DNA of 64,000 nucleotides from Candidatus Latescibacterota bacterium (GCA_965197905.1 CBDAOB010000004.1:416001-480000); one strand, 5' to 3'; positions 21,691 to 33,269 are shown, counted from the stretch's first letter. Numbers and translations: made by a program. The notes: generated by a model not told the origin, from the sequence alone.

Positions 21691-24047
21691 ATGTCCAGTA
21701 CTCCAAACAACGGCAACGGCTCCGCCGGCGCTTTCGCCCAATGGGTGATCCGCTGGCGCTGGTTGGTGCTGATTGGCTCCATAGCTGTCGCCCTGATCGC
21801 CGGTTCCGGTGCGGCGCGCCTGGCCTTCAACAACGACTACCGGATCTTCTTTTCGGAAGACAATCCCGAGTTGCTCGCGTTCGAAAAACTGCAACGCACC
21901 TACACCAAGATCGACAACATCCTGTTTGCCATCGCGCCGCGGGATGATTCCGTCTTCACCCCGCAGGTTCTGGATGCGGTCGAATTCCTGACCTTAGAGG
22001 CCTGGCAGCTCCCGTTCGTGCTGCGGGTGGATTCCATAACCAACTATCAACATACAACGGCGACCGAGGATGATCTCATCGTCGCCGACCTCGTCGAGGG
22101 GTCACTCAGCCTTACCCAAAATATGCTTGACGAGGTCTCTGAGATCGCCACCAACGAACCGGCGCTGCGCGACTTTCTCGTCGCCCACGAGGGACATACC
22201 ACCGGCATCAACGTAACCTTCCAGATGCCGCAGCTGGAGATGAACGAGACCCCGGAGACGGTGGCGGCCGCGCGCGCGCTCGCAGCCAAGCTCGAGGCGG
22301 AGTACCCGGTTAAGGTCCACCTCACCGGCATGGTCATGCTCAACAACGCGTTTCAGGAGATGAGCATGCAGGACTTGTCGACGATGGTTCCGGCGATGTA
22401 CCTCATCATCATCCTGGTCGCCGGCCTTTTACTTCGCTCCGTTGTCGCTACCATCGGGACCGTGCTGGTGATTCTGCTTTCACTGATGACCGCCATGGGT
22501 TTGGCCGGATGGGCCGGCATCGAGCTCACACCGCCGTCCTCCGCCGCACCGACGATCATAATGACGCTGGCGGTTGCAGACTCCATCCACGTCCTGGTCA
22601 GTTTGCTGAGCGCCATGCGTCGCGGCGTTGCCCGCAGAGAAGCTCTCGTGGAGAGCCTCCGTCTCAATATGTCACCGGTTTTCTGACCAGTGTCACTACG
22701 GCGATCGGTTTTCTATCCTTGAATTTTTCGGACTCGCCACCATTCGGCGACCTCGGCAACATTACCGCAGTGGGCATGATCGTAGCGTTCTTCTATTCGG
22801 TCGGTTTCCTTCCCGCGCTTGTCGCTATCGTCCCGGTGAGGGCACGAGAGGGCCAATCCTTGCTCGGCAAATCGATGGACCGTCTCGGAGACTGGGTTGT
22901 GCAACGGAACCGCCCCATCCTCGTCGGATTCTCCGCCTGTGCCCTGTTGATTCTGGCATTCATCCCGTCCAACGACCTCAACGACGATTTTGTCACCTAT
23001 TTCGACGAGAGCACTTCCTTCCGATCCGATGTCATCGTAACCACCGATCGTCTTACCGGCGCGTATCAGCTGCAGTTCTCGTTGGATTCCGGGTCCAGCA
23101 ACGGGGTCAGTGACCCCGCCTTTCTGGCGCAGGTGGGCCGATTCGTCGATTGGCTGCGGGAACAGCCCGAGATTCGGCACGTAAACTCGATCACCGACAC
23201 CTTCAAACGGTTGAACAAGAATCTGCACGCTGATGACCCGACCTACTACCGCCTTCCGGAGCAACGCGACCTGGCCGCGCAATATCTGTTGCTGTACGAG
23301 CTCTCCCTACCCTACGGGCTCGATCTCAACAACCAGCTCAACGTCGACAAGTCGAGCACCCAGATCCTCGTCACTCTGGAAAACCTCGACTCTAGGCGTC
23401 TGCGCGAAATCTCTGAGCGCGGCGAGTCATGGTTGCGCGACCACGCACCAAAGTTGGCCACGGAAGGAATCGGGCCGGCGATCATGTTTGCCTATATCTC
23501 CGACCGCAACATCCGCTCCATGCTCATCGGCACTCTTTTGGCGGTTTTGGTAATCTCCGCCATCCTCGTGGTCGTGCTCAAGAGCCCCAAGCTCGGCGGC
23601 ATATCGTTGGTACCCAATCTGCTCCCGGCGGGCCTCGCCTTCGGAGCCTGGGGATTGTTTGTGGGCGAAGTGAACATGGCCGTGTCTATGGTGAGCGGTA
23701 TGACCCTGGGCATCGTCGTCGACGATACGATTCACTTTCTCTCGAAATACAGGCGGGCACGGCACGAACAAGGTCTCGATGCGCCGGACGCCATTCGGTA
23801 CGCCTTTCACACCGTCGGGCAGGCGATCGTCGTGACCTCGCTCATCCTCATCGCCGGCTTTAGCGTTCTTGCAAATTCCGACTTCGCCATGAACTCCCTC
23901 ATGGCTATGCTTACCGCCATCGCCATCGCTATGGCGCTGGTGGCCGATTTCCTATTGCTGCCGGCTCTACTAATCAAGCTCGACGGCAGAAAAACCTTCG
24001 GAGCCTCGGCTCACGCCGGCGTTGCGGAATTCGCCCCAGCCCCCTAA
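21691..24047 (+). pseudogene. MMPL/RND family transporter, frameshifted at about 22684
   Basis: The first half ends MSPVF* and the second frame resumes FLTSVTTAIGFLSL. GTTTTCTGACC needs one extra C. Motifs LAVADSIH and GIVVDDTIH. Confidence 0.88.
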
Positions 24048-24067
24048 TAGGGCTTGTACCAGGAGAC

Positions 24068-24946
24068 TTGGAAAAAATGAATCAATTTCGAATCAGCCGG
24101 CTGAACGACTTCCGCCTATCTGCGCAGTTTGTACCAGCATCGGCGTTGAGGTTTATGGTTTTCGCCGTTGTCATATTTGCGGCTTTTGGGCCGAATCTTC
24201 TCGAAGCCGAGGATGCCACGGAAGATCCCGCCGCCGCCCGCGGGCTGGAGATTGCCGTGGAAGCCGACCGCCGCGACACCGGCTTTGGCGACTTCAAGGC
24301 AAATATCGCCATGATCTTGCGCAACAAACATGGCGATTCTTCCGAGCGCCGTATGCGCGTGCGCACACTGGAACAGGAGAACGAAGGCGACAAGTCCCTC
24401 ATCATCTTTGAGAACCCCGGTGACGTGAAGGGCACGGCGTTTCTTTCGTTTACTCACAAGACCGGATCCGACGATCAGTGGCTTTATCTGCCGGCTTTGA
24501 AACGGGTTAAGCGGATCGCTTCCAGCAACAAGTCGGGCCCGTTCATGGGAAGCGAGTTTGCCTACGAGGATATCTCCTCCCAGGAGGTCGAGAAATACAC
24601 CTATCGCTATATCGACGAGGAGACCTTCGACGAGCGCAACCACTTTGTCGTGGAACGCGACCCGGTGGATCCGAAGTCCGGCTACTCCCGCCAGGTTGCT
24701 TGGCTCGACACCGATGAATACCGGGTCTGGAAGGTTGAGTTCTACGACCGCAGAGGTTCGATACTCAAAACCCTGACCGTGAGCGGTTACAGTCAATACC
24801 TAGAGAAGTACTGGCGGGCCAACCGTTGGATGATGGTCAACCACAAGACCGGCAAGGAGACCGATCTCCTGTGGGAAGATTTTCTGTTCGCCAACGGCTT
24901 TGACGATAAGGATTTTACCCGCAACAGCCTCGCTCGCGCTCGTTGA
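24068..24946 (+). CDS. Outer-membrane lipoprotein-sorting (LolA-like) protein
   Basis: PGDVKGTAFL..DDQWLYLPALKRVKRIASSNKSGPFMGSEFAYED; start uncertain. Confidence 0.88.
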   Translation: MEKMNQFRISRLNDFRLSAQFVPASALRFMVFAVVIFAAFGPNLLEAEDATEDPAAARGLEIAVEADRRDTGFGDFKANIAMILRNKHGDSSERRMRVRTLEQENEGDKSLIIFENPGDVKGTAFLSFTHKTGSDDQWLYLPALKRVKRIASSNKSGPFMGSEFAYEDISSQEVEKYTYRYIDEETFDERNHFVVERDPVDPKSGYSRQVAWLDTDEYRVWKVEFYDRRGSILKTLTVSGYSQYLEKYWRANRWMMVNHKTGKETDLLWEDFLFANGFDDKDFTRNSLARAR

Positions 24947-26133
24947 CACTCAACATGCACCTCTTGTTCGCGCTCGCCGTCATTTCTACGCTGCTGACCG
25001 CGTTGCCCCTCGGGGCCGCAGATTTTTCCGGTGAGCTCGCTGTCGAAAGCCGGCTGTTCCCGAATGATCCTCTCGACCCGCGCCAACAGGACTCGGGATT
25101 CGCTCTCGCTATCGAGCCGGAGCTTTACCACGATTGGTCCGACGGGGCACAGCGTATTGTCGTCGTTCCCTTTATGCGTTGGGATCTGGAGGATAGCGAG
25201 CGCACCCACCTCGACCTTCGCGAGCTCTACTGGCGACGTTCCTTTGACAGCGCCGACCTCTTCGTCGGGATGCGCAAACTGTTCTGGGGGGTGACCGAAT
25301 CGGTCCACCTGGTAGATGTCATCAACCAGACCGACCTGGTGGAGAATTCCGATACAGAAGACAAACTGGGGCAGCCTATGTTGCAGCTGACGCTCTTACG
25401 CGACCAGGGCACTCTGGACCTATTCCTCATGGCCGGTTTTCGCGAGCGCGGCTTTGCTGGGACCAACGGTCGTTTCCGTCCCTCGTTGACTATCGCAGGT
25501 CGCAGCCGGTACGAGTCGGATCTAGAACGCTGGCACCCCGATGTGGCGGCACGTTGGAGTCAGATTCTGGGTGACTACGACCTCGTCAGTCATTTCTTCG
25601 GCACCTCGCGAGAGCCGCGTTTGGTGGTGGACGGGGGAAACGGTCCACCCAGGCTTGTACCCCACTACGATTTGCTGCATCAAACGGGCATCGATCTGCA
25701 GCTAACCCGTGGCGACTGGCTTGCCAAGCTGGAGGTGGTACATCGAGATGCAGTCGACGGACGTTCCACAGCAGCCGTGGCTGGTTTCGAGTACACCTTG
25801 GTCGGACTTGCCGGTGCCGCCGACCTTGGCATCGTCGCGGAGGCGCAGTACGATAACCGAGAGGCTCCGCTGGCACCCTTCTCGGACAACGACGTTGCGG
25901 TCGGCGGTCGTCTGACCTTCAACGACACCCAGGACACAGACATCCTCGCCTTTACCTCCGTCGATGGCGACAACGGATCGCTGTTTACATCGGTTGAGGC
26001 GAACCGGCGCTGGCGCGACGCGGGCGAAGTTCGCCTCGAAGCCCGTTTCTTCAGCAACGTGGAACCCGGAGACCCGCTCTATGTTTTCCGCAGGGATGAT
26101 TATCTACAGCTCGAGTACGTACATTTTTTTTGA
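24943..26133 (+). CDS. Outer-membrane beta-barrel hypothetical protein
   Basis: Signal peptide, DLRELYW..FWGVTESVHLVDVINQTD, C-terminal FF. Confidence 0.75.
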   Translation: MTLNMHLLFALAVISTLLTALPLGAADFSGELAVESRLFPNDPLDPRQQDSGFALAIEPELYHDWSDGAQRIVVVPFMRWDLEDSERTHLDLRELYWRRSFDSADLFVGMRKLFWGVTESVHLVDVINQTDLVENSDTEDKLGQPMLQLTLLRDQGTLDLFLMAGFRERGFAGTNGRFRPSLTIAGRSRYESDLERWHPDVAARWSQILGDYDLVSHFFGTSREPRLVVDGGNGPPRLVPHYDLLHQTGIDLQLTRGDWLAKLEVVHRDAVDGRSTAAVAGFEYTLVGLAGAADLGIVAEAQYDNREAPLAPFSDNDVAVGGRLTFNDTQDTDILAFTSVDGDNGSLFTSVEANRRWRDAGEVRLEARFFSNVEPGDPLYVFRRDDYLQLEYVHFF

Positions 26134-26169
26134 ACGGAAACTTGGGTAGATTCTACAGCGGGTGACAGC

Positions 26170-26757
26170 ATGGGACGAACTCGCGAATTCGACATGGACC
26201 AGGCGTTGGACGCGGCCATCAGCACATTCTGGACGCAGGGATACGAAGCCACCTCCATGACCGATCTCATGGAAGCCACCGGTCTTCACAAAGGTAGCCT
26301 CTACAAAGCTTTTGAAGATAAGCACGACATCTTCATGAAATCCCTCGGGCGCTACCTGGACGGCGCTTATGAACACATGCATTCCGTTTTGGCCGCAGCA
26401 GAAGCCCCGCTGGATGGTCTGCGTGCCTGGCTTAATGGCGTTGTGTTTCTATGCCGCCATCAGCCCGTGCAGCGCGGCTGCCTGGCGTTGAACGCGGCTA
26501 TCGAGCTCGGCCCTCACGACGCCGATGTCACCGCGTTGCTACAGAACCATCACACCCGCGCCTCCAAGCTGTTGATCGAAACCATAATGAGCGGCCAGCG
26601 ATCGGGAGAAATCCGCACCGACCTCACCTCGGACCAGCTGGCCAAAGCATTGTTCATCTTCAGCGCCGGCCTCCTGGGCGCCTCCAAGGTACTCTCCCAG
26701 ACCGTCGACGCCGAAGAGATGGTAGACTCGGCGCTCGCCATGGTCAGGTGCTGCTGA
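26170..26757 (+). CDS. TetR/AcrR family regulator (NemR/ComR-like)
   Basis: MGRTREFD..FWTQGYEATSMTDLMEATGLHKGSLYKAF, RGCL. Confidence 0.92.
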   Translation: MGRTREFDMDQALDAAISTFWTQGYEATSMTDLMEATGLHKGSLYKAFEDKHDIFMKSLGRYLDGAYEHMHSVLAAAEAPLDGLRAWLNGVVFLCRHQPVQRGCLALNAAIELGPHDADVTALLQNHHTRASKLLIETIMSGQRSGEIRTDLTSDQLAKALFIFSAGLLGASKVLSQTVDAEEMVDSALAMVRCC

Positions 26758-27581
26758 TGCCCGCCAGCCTTCGGCTTTTCGCCACTCAGTGGTCTGTCCG
26801 CTGGTATCCATCGAAAGAGACGGAATGGTCTTGGGGGGAGAAATTTCAATCCATGAGAGACGCGGGGTTTGACGGTCTCATGTCTACGCCGTTACCGGAA
26901 TTGAACGACCGCGGTGATCTCGATTTCTGGGCGATCACCAGCCTTGGAGTGGGCGACGACCCCCGGCCGTTCTACGAGGAAGCTACCGCGTTGGGAGCTG
27001 CCGGCGCCACCGTTCAGCCATGCGACGTGGATACCCCGCTCGCTGACTGCGTCGAAGTCGTGCGGAACATCCAGCAAATCGCCCGTGAGTTCGACCTGCA
27101 TACGGGGATCGAGTGCCACCGCGACACCTTTACCGAAACACCGGAACGCACATGGGATATGTGCGACGGGTATGAAGAGGCGGAGCACCAGCTCCTGCCA
27201 CTGTGTTTCGACCACTCCCACTTCGCTGTCGTCCGCCACTTGACCCCGCCGTATTGGAGCTACCTGAAAGGCCGCGAGGACCTGCTCGCCCATGCGCGGC
27301 AGTTTCACATGCGCCCTTTCAACGGTCATCACTGCCAGATTCCGGCCACCTTCGACGGACAACGTCGCACGCCGGAGTACCTGGACTGGTTGGAGTTTGC
27401 GCGGGAGCTCTTTCGTTTCATGCGGGCACGCGGCGAAGGCGAGATCTTTGTCGTTCCCGAGCTCGGCAACGCGAACCCGTCGTATGGACTTTCGTGTTTC
27501 CCCGATGTCTGGAAGGATACCTGTATCACCGGCGGCGACTTGAGAGCTGCCTGGGACGAAGCCCGGCCCGCAGGAGGTTAA
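26757..27581 (+). CDS. Sugar-phosphate isomerase/xylose-isomerase-like TIM barrel protein
   Basis: TGATG coupling to the TetR gene; IECHRD, FDHSH, PELG metal motifs. Confidence 0.75.
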   Translation: MPASLRLFATQWSVRWYPSKETEWSWGEKFQSMRDAGFDGLMSTPLPELNDRGDLDFWAITSLGVGDDPRPFYEEATALGAAGATVQPCDVDTPLADCVEVVRNIQQIAREFDLHTGIECHRDTFTETPERTWDMCDGYEEAEHQLLPLCFDHSHFAVVRHLTPPYWSYLKGREDLLAHARQFHMRPFNGHHCQIPATFDGQRRTPEYLDWLEFARELFRFMRARGEGEIFVVPELGNANPSYGLSCFPDVWKDTCITGGDLRAAWDEARPAGG

Positions 27582-29863
27582 GGCGGGGGCGGCAGCTTCC
27601 AGGTGCCGTGAGAGGATCCTACGTAGAGATAACGGTCGTGCGGATTCACCGAAAGGGCCCACGGCGTGAATTCGGGGCCTAGCTCTCCAGTGATGTTTTC
27701 CCAGTCCATTCCCGAATTGACGGAGCGAAAAATTCCGTTGGAATGGCCGCGGAAGGCGATCCAGTTGCCGGCGTAAACGATCTTCGGATCGATCGGATCG
27801 ATGGCGACGAAACGCGTCGGGATCGAATCGAAACGATCCTGTTCCAGGCCGACGGCCGCCCCCTTCTCCAACCATTGTTCACCATCCCAAATGAAAAGAC
27901 CGAAGAGCCCGGAGGTGACGTAAACGCGGTCCTGGTCGTTGGGGGCAACGGCGATCTCGTGGAATTCGGGAATGCCCAGCGGAGTATACGGTTCCGTCCA
28001 GGTGGCGCCTCCGTCGCTTGATTTCGAGATGATCACCTCATCGCCCTCCTGTTCGGCGGCGTAGACCACGTTGCCATCCCCGGGATAGATGGCGACGATC
28101 GATTTCGAAAGCGCGTTCCAGCTGACCCCACGGTTGGGGCTTTTGTATTCGTCGGCGTAAACGATCGACGGATCCTGAGGGTTGAAAGCGAGAAACTTGA
28201 ATTCGTCCTTCTCTGTGGCTGTCTTGTGGACCCACGTCCGACCGCTGTCGGCGGACACGGCGATTACCTGTGGGGTAATGCCGACGGCGACGACGATGAC
28301 TCCTGACCCGGCAGTGGGATCTATTGCCCCCACGTTGGTCGTCGCTCCACCGTCCAACCGGGGTACTTTCAGGTTGCGGAAGGTTGCACCCCCGTCTTCG
28401 GTGAGCACGGCTCCATAATCAACCAGGAAAAAGGCGAAACGCCCGGGATTGTTGCGATCCCATCCGAATGCCGCCGCTCCATTTCCGATGCGGCCCCCGG
28501 AGTAACCGCTACCCGAGTACATCCAGGTGGTTCCGCCATTAATGGTCTTCTGGACATGGTTGCCGTTGGCCGAAGCGATCGCCTCCTCCGCTTTTATGGG
28601 ATTAGGCGCAATCGGCGTTGCTAGGAACTCACCTCCAAAGGAGTCGTTGACCGAGGAGATCAGCTCGTCCAGGGCGGCTGGGCGGTTCCAGCTCTGGCCG
28701 CCGTCACGACTGTAGTACGGTTGGTGGTCCCCCAATTGGAAGAAGCTGACATACAGGAGGTCGGGATCGACGGGACTCATGGACAGATAGGTGGCGTGGG
28801 ACGACTCCGTCGTATCGGCACTGATCGGCTCCAGACCGTTGTTGATCGCGACAAATGTGAGGCCGCCATCGTTGGAACGAAAGACGCCCCGGCGGCCGGC
28901 GCTGGCGTAGATGATGTTCGAATCGTCGGTCCGCACAACGAGGGCGCGGGGGAAGTCGGAAAGTCCAGCGCCGATTTTCTCTGCGGATCCGGGGTTCTGT
29001 TCGCTGTATCTGTAGAGACCGGTTTCGGAAGCGATGAAGACAGTTGTGGAATCCTGCGGATCGATCTTCAGATCCAGCAGCCTGGACGACGCCAGGTTGC
29101 CCACGTCGCTCCACGAATCCCCTCCGTCGGAGGAACGCAGCAGCCCTTCCGTATGGGTAGCGGCGTAGATGGTGTCGTGACCCGCAAAGGCGAAGTTGAC
29201 GCCGCCTTTATTCTCCAGGAGGTTGACATACGGAGTGCGGTGGACCTGCACCCAGCTGTCGCCGCCGTCCCGGGTGCGGTAGATGCCGTCAGCTAGTTCA
29301 TCGGAGATCTCCTCGTGCGTCGAAGCGGCGACAAAAACGATATTCTCGTCGCTGGGATGCACCACGAGTGAAAGTCCCCCGTTGGCCAGGAAACCCTGGT
29401 TTTTCATCTGCCAGGTGGCTCCGCCGTCGACGCTTCTCCAAACCTGGCTGACGTCGGTAGCCAGATACACCGCTTCCGGGTTGGAGGGCGCGTAGCTGAT
29501 GCTGTAGATCAGTTGCATCCCCTCACCTCCCGCGATTCCCGCAACAGCTTGTTCCGCGGAGCGCAGTGGAACCGGGATCCACTGACCGCCGGACGCCTCC
29601 GACTTTCCGAACTGGTCGCTGAACAGAAAGAAATCGTCGAACCCGATGGTATCATCACCATCCAGATCAAACGATGCGTTGGTCGAATCGACGGGAAGGC
29701 CGAATTGATCGGCGAACAGGAAGAAATCTGCGAAATCGACCGTGCCGCTCCCGTCGAAATCGCCGGCAAAGGGGGACGCGGTTGAGCCGTCGAAAACGAG
29801 GAGATATAGAACGATGATCAAGGAGGTGGCAGCCGCAGTCTTCGATTGAGCGCGATGCCTCAT
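27578..29863 (-). CDS. Secreted BNR/Asp-box beta-propeller (VPS10/GH74-like) protein with an N-terminal dockerin-like EF-hand pair
   Basis: Signal peptide; GDFDGSGTVDFADFFLFADQFG..FDLDGDDTIGFDDFFLFSDQFG; many S-x-D-G-G-x-T/S-W repeats; alternative start GTG 29899. Confidence 0.8.
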   Translation of the reverse strand: MRHRAQSKTAAATSLIIVLYLLVFDGSTASPFAGDFDGSGTVDFADFFLFADQFGLPVDSTNASFDLDGDDTIGFDDFFLFSDQFGKSEASGGQWIPVPLRSAEQAVAGIAGGEGMQLIYSISYAPSNPEAVYLATDVSQVWRSVDGGATWQMKNQGFLANGGLSLVVHPSDENIVFVAASTHEEISDELADGIYRTRDGGDSWVQVHRTPYVNLLENKGGVNFAFAGHDTIYAATHTEGLLRSSDGGDSWSDVGNLASSRLLDLKIDPQDSTTVFIASETGLYRYSEQNPGSAEKIGAGLSDFPRALVVRTDDSNIIYASAGRRGVFRSNDGGLTFVAINNGLEPISADTTESSHATYLSMSPVDPDLLYVSFFQLGDHQPYYSRDGGQSWNRPAALDELISSVNDSFGGEFLATPIAPNPIKAEEAIASANGNHVQKTINGGTTWMYSGSGYSGGRIGNGAAAFGWDRNNPGRFAFFLVDYGAVLTEDGGATFRNLKVPRLDGGATTNVGAIDPTAGSGVIVVAVGITPQVIAVSADSGRTWVHKTATEKDEFKFLAFNPQDPSIVYADEYKSPNRGVSWNALSKSIVAIYPGDGNVVYAAEQEGDEVIISKSSDGGATWTEPYTPLGIPEFHEIAVAPNDQDRVYVTSGLFGLFIWDGEQWLEKGAAVGLEQDRFDSIPTRFVAIDPIDPKIVYAGNWIAFRGHSNGIFRSVNSGMDWENITGELGPEFTPWALSVNPHDRYLYVGSSHGTWKLPPPP

Positions 29864-29908
29864 TGTCTGTCGCCGATCGGCTTTCTTCGATGGTGACACA
29901 TGAGAGCG

Positions 29909-31579
29909 CTAGAACAATCCTACCACGTTGCCCTCCGCATCGATGTCGATATTCTCGGCGGCGGGTTTTGGCGGCAGGCCGGGCATCCGCATGATCTCAC
30001 CGGTAATTGGGATCAAGAAACCGGCGCCGGAAGCAATCTCGATCTCTCGCACCGTAACGACGAAGTCCTTCGGCCTTCCCAACAGATCTGGATCATCGGA
30101 GAGCGACTTTTGGGTTTTCGCCATGCAGATAGGCAACCCCTCGAGCTTTAGCTTCTTAATGATTCGGCGATCCTTCTTGGCTTTGGCCGTATAGTCGATC
30201 GCGCGAGCGCCGTAGATCTCCTTGGCGATCGTCGCGATCTTCCGCTCCAACGGCCAATCCCATTGATACAAGGGCCGGAATCCGGGCGAACCCTGATCGA
30301 TGACCTGAACCAGCGCCTTTGCCAGCGCTTCCGCGCCCTCGCCCCCCCGAGCCCACGAATCTGTCTCGATCGCCTGTTTTCCAAGTTTGGCGCAGCGTTC
30401 TTTGATCAATTCGATTTCCGCTGAGGTGTCGGTTGTGAACTTGTTGATGGCAATCACGCAGTCCATGCCGAAGTGTTCCATGTTTTCGACGTGTTTCTCG
30501 AGGTTGCTCAAACCCTTGTCCACCGCTTCCGGATTGGGGTCGTGAATGGACTTGAGATCCGCGCTGCCGTGGTAGCGTAAGGCGCGAACCGTGGCCACCA
30601 GCACAACGGCCGCCGGCGAGAGGCCTGCGCTGGCGCATTTGATGTCGAAAAACTTCTCCGCACCCAGATCGAACCCGAATCCTGCCTCAGTGACGACGTA
30701 GTCGGAAAGCGACATACCCATTCGCGTCGCGATCACCGAGTTCGTACCCTGGGCGATGTTCGCGAAGGGACCCCCGTGGATTATGGCCGGCGTAGCTTCC
30801 AGCGTCTGTACCAGATTCGGTTTGATCGCGTCTTTGAGTAACACCGTCATGGCGCCATTGGCGTTCAGATCACGAGCATAGATCGGCTTTCCGCCGTGGG
30901 TGAAACCCACGAAAATGTTCCCCAATCTCTGCTTCAGATCATGCAGGTCATCGGCAAGACACAGAATCGCCATGATCTCGGAAGCGGCTGTAATGTCGAA
31001 TCCGGTTTCGCGCGGGATTCCAAACGATGTGCCACCCAGACCGATGACGATATCGCGCAATACGCGATCGTTCATGTCGAAGACCCGCTTCCAGTTTACA
31101 GTACGCGGATCGATTCCCAGCGAATTCCGCTTGCTTTGAATGTTGTTGTCGATCAATGCCGCCAGGAGATTGTGCGCCTTTTCGATCGCGGCGAAATCCC
31201 CGGTGAAATGCAGATTGATGTCCTCCATCGGCAGCACCTGGGAATATCCCCCACCAGTTGCTCCACCTTTGACGCCAAAAACGGGGCCCAACGAGGGTTC
31301 GCGCAACACGACGGTCGTCGGTTTACCAATTCTATTCAGACCTTGCGCGAGACCGATAGCGGTGGTCGTCTTGCCTTCGCCGGCCGGGGTCGGAGAGATT
31401 GCGGAAACGAGAATTAGTCTGCTTTGGCTGATTTTTTCGTGGTCGATCAATTTCAGGGGAAGCTTGGCTTTGAACTTGCCGTAGAGATCCAGATCATCCC
31501 GTGCGATTCCCAGGTGATCGGCAATCTTTTCGATAGGCTGCGGCGTTGTCGCAGTGGCGATCTCCAGATCGGTGCTCAT
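29909..31579 (-). CDS. fhs: Formate--tetrahydrofolate ligase
   Basis: PTPAGEGKTT, REPSLGP, KGGATGGG, HGGPFANIA, TEAGFG, MAKTQKS, MPGLP. Confidence 0.97.
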   Translation of the reverse strand: MSTDLEIATATTPQPIEKIADHLGIARDDLDLYGKFKAKLPLKLIDHEKISQSRLILVSAISPTPAGEGKTTTAIGLAQGLNRIGKPTTVVLREPSLGPVFGVKGGATGGGYSQVLPMEDINLHFTGDFAAIEKAHNLLAALIDNNIQSKRNSLGIDPRTVNWKRVFDMNDRVLRDIVIGLGGTSFGIPRETGFDITAASEIMAILCLADDLHDLKQRLGNIFVGFTHGGKPIYARDLNANGAMTVLLKDAIKPNLVQTLEATPAIIHGGPFANIAQGTNSVIATRMGMSLSDYVVTEAGFGFDLGAEKFFDIKCASAGLSPAAVVLVATVRALRYHGSADLKSIHDPNPEAVDKGLSNLEKHVENMEHFGMDCVIAINKFTTDTSAEIELIKERCAKLGKQAIETDSWARGGEGAEALAKALVQVIDQGSPGFRPLYQWDWPLERKIATIAKEIYGARAIDYTAKAKKDRRIIKKLKLEGLPICMAKTQKSLSDDPDLLGRPKDFVVTVREIEIASGAGFLIPITGEIMRMPGLPPKPAAENIDIDAEGNVVGLF

Positions 31580-31705
31580 CTCTCTCCTTGTGGACGCGGA
31601 CGGCTACGCTCAGGTTGAAAAAACCGCGCGAGAATATGGCGTGCGTGATGCGATTCGATAACTTAGTCGAAGCGTTTAGACGACTCAAATAATTGCGGGG
31701 TACCG

Positions 31706-32743
31706 ATGCGAATAGAGAGCGTTAGAGCGGTCCAACCTGGGACGGAATACTCACCGAAGGACTGGCGTACCTGGATGGGTCAGATCTTGGTGATCGTGGA
31801 AACCGACGACGGCTTGACCGGCTACGGTGTGGGAGGCGGCGGCAAGGCCGGAATTCACGTCATCGATACGGCACTGCACCACCTGCTCATCGGCGCCGAC
31901 TGCACCGGCGTGGAGGGCCTCTGGGAAGAGATGTATCGTGCAACATTGGTCTACGGCCGCAAGGGCATCGCCATCATGGCGATCAGCGGCGTCGACCTGG
32001 CGCTGTGGGACTTGAGAGCGAAACGGGAGAAGAAGCCGCTGGTTGAGCTCCTCGGTGGGAAACCGGACCAATCGGTTCGGGCATACAAGACCGGATTCTC
32101 GGCGGAGGAGGGCATTGAAGCGGCTGGTGAGGGATTTTCAGCCGTTAAAATACACGCGGGCATCCGCCCAGGTGAAGAGATGAACAACATCGTCGGCGGA
32201 ATCGAGAGGGTGAGAGAAACCTTGGGGCCAGGCATTCAACTAATGGGTGAAGGGGGTATGACGATGGATGTGGAAACGACATTGCGCCTGGCCGAACAGT
32301 TGGAGCCCTACGATCTGCTCTGGCTCGAGGAGCCGCTACCGCCAGACGATTTGGAGGGTTATGCCCGTCTCCGCGACGAGTGTCCCATCCCTATAGCGGG
32401 TGGAGAGCACGAGTACACAGCCAAGGCGTTTGAACCTATTATCGCCGAGAAGCTGCACTCGTATGTTCAGCCCGATGTCTGTTGGTGCGGAGGTTTGACC
32501 GAGCTTCTGAAGATCTACCAATTGGCAGAAGGAACCGACGTTGTCGTCTGTCCGCACCGCGGCGCGGAGGCATGGTCGCTGCATGCTATCGCGGCCCTCA
32601 ACCACGAACCGTTTGCCGAATCGGGACGGGATTGGATGTCGTGGGTGAAAGGGTCTCCAGAGATCCTCAACGGAGAGGTTGCCGTCTCAGATCGGCCTGG
32701 ATTCGGGGTTTGGTTCGAAGACCGAGATTTAGAAGCTGGATAA
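31706..32743 (+). CDS. Mandelate racemase/enolase superfamily acid-sugar dehydratase
   Basis: YGRKGIAIMAISGVDLALWDL, WLEEPL, AGGEHEY, QPDV, PH. Confidence 0.85.
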   Translation: MRIESVRAVQPGTEYSPKDWRTWMGQILVIVETDDGLTGYGVGGGGKAGIHVIDTALHHLLIGADCTGVEGLWEEMYRATLVYGRKGIAIMAISGVDLALWDLRAKREKKPLVELLGGKPDQSVRAYKTGFSAEEGIEAAGEGFSAVKIHAGIRPGEEMNNIVGGIERVRETLGPGIQLMGEGGMTMDVETTLRLAEQLEPYDLLWLEEPLPPDDLEGYARLRDECPIPIAGGEHEYTAKAFEPIIAEKLHSYVQPDVCWCGGLTELLKIYQLAEGTDVVVCPHRGAEAWSLHAIAALNHEPFAESGRDWMSWVKGSPEILNGEVAVSDRPGFGVWFEDRDLEAG

Positions 32744-32780
32744 CCATGGCTTTGTCGCGCTACTGATATTGACGACCCGC

Positions 32781-33269
32781 TCAATTCTTGTCGCCGCGGT
32801 CGATCACGCCGTCGTCCAGCGCGGCAATCCAGTCCTCTTTCGGATCGGCATCGGCAAATAGATAGAGTTTGCCGTCGTGGACGTGCCACTGTTCCGGTTT
32901 TATGTCGGCCGTAAACCCCGCGCTCACCGCAGTAGCACAGAACCCTCCGTATCGCGGGGCGTAGCTCTCGGGATTGTCGACAAACAGCGACCGGTTCTCA
33001 TCCGACGCGAATTGCCAAGTGATATCCTGCCAGCGGTGGGAAATGCTTGCCAACCCCGGTTTCGCCGCCCCCTCCGTGTGGTAGATAACGGGGTCATACC
33101 CCTTTAAAGCGAGGCCCGAGTATTCGTTGATCGGACCCCACCAACCGCTGGAGACCGGGGCGATTTTGTTGGTTACGGCGAAGATGACGACGATGGCCAA
33201 AAGGGCCACCAATACACCGACGGCAACGCTGGTTTTCGGACGGGATTTGATGGCTCCGAAGATACTCAT
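32781..33269 (-). CDS. YHS-domain protein (Cys form)
   Basis: ATG 33269 with GGAG RBS; N-terminal TM; ALKGYDPV.Y, WQFAS..N..F..PE.YAPRYGGFCA, DGKLYLF. Confidence 0.8.
   Translation of the reverse strand: MSIFGAIKSRPKTSVAVGVLVALLAIVVIFAVTNKIAPVSSGWWGPINEYSGLALKGYDPVIYHTEGAAKPGLASISHRWQDITWQFASDENRSLFVDNPESYAPRYGGFCATAVSAGFTADIKPEQWHVHDGKLYLFADADPKEDWIAALDDGVIDRGDKN

Noticed and set aside
32760..32783. TGA ending the YHS gene where homologs usually have Trp (GDKN-W), raising the idea of UGA reassignment
   Set aside because: Many intact genes here (dnaG, hpt, fhs) end in TGA, and the other in-frame TGAs map to Cys/Sec and probably Arg. A point mutation or natural end is more likely.
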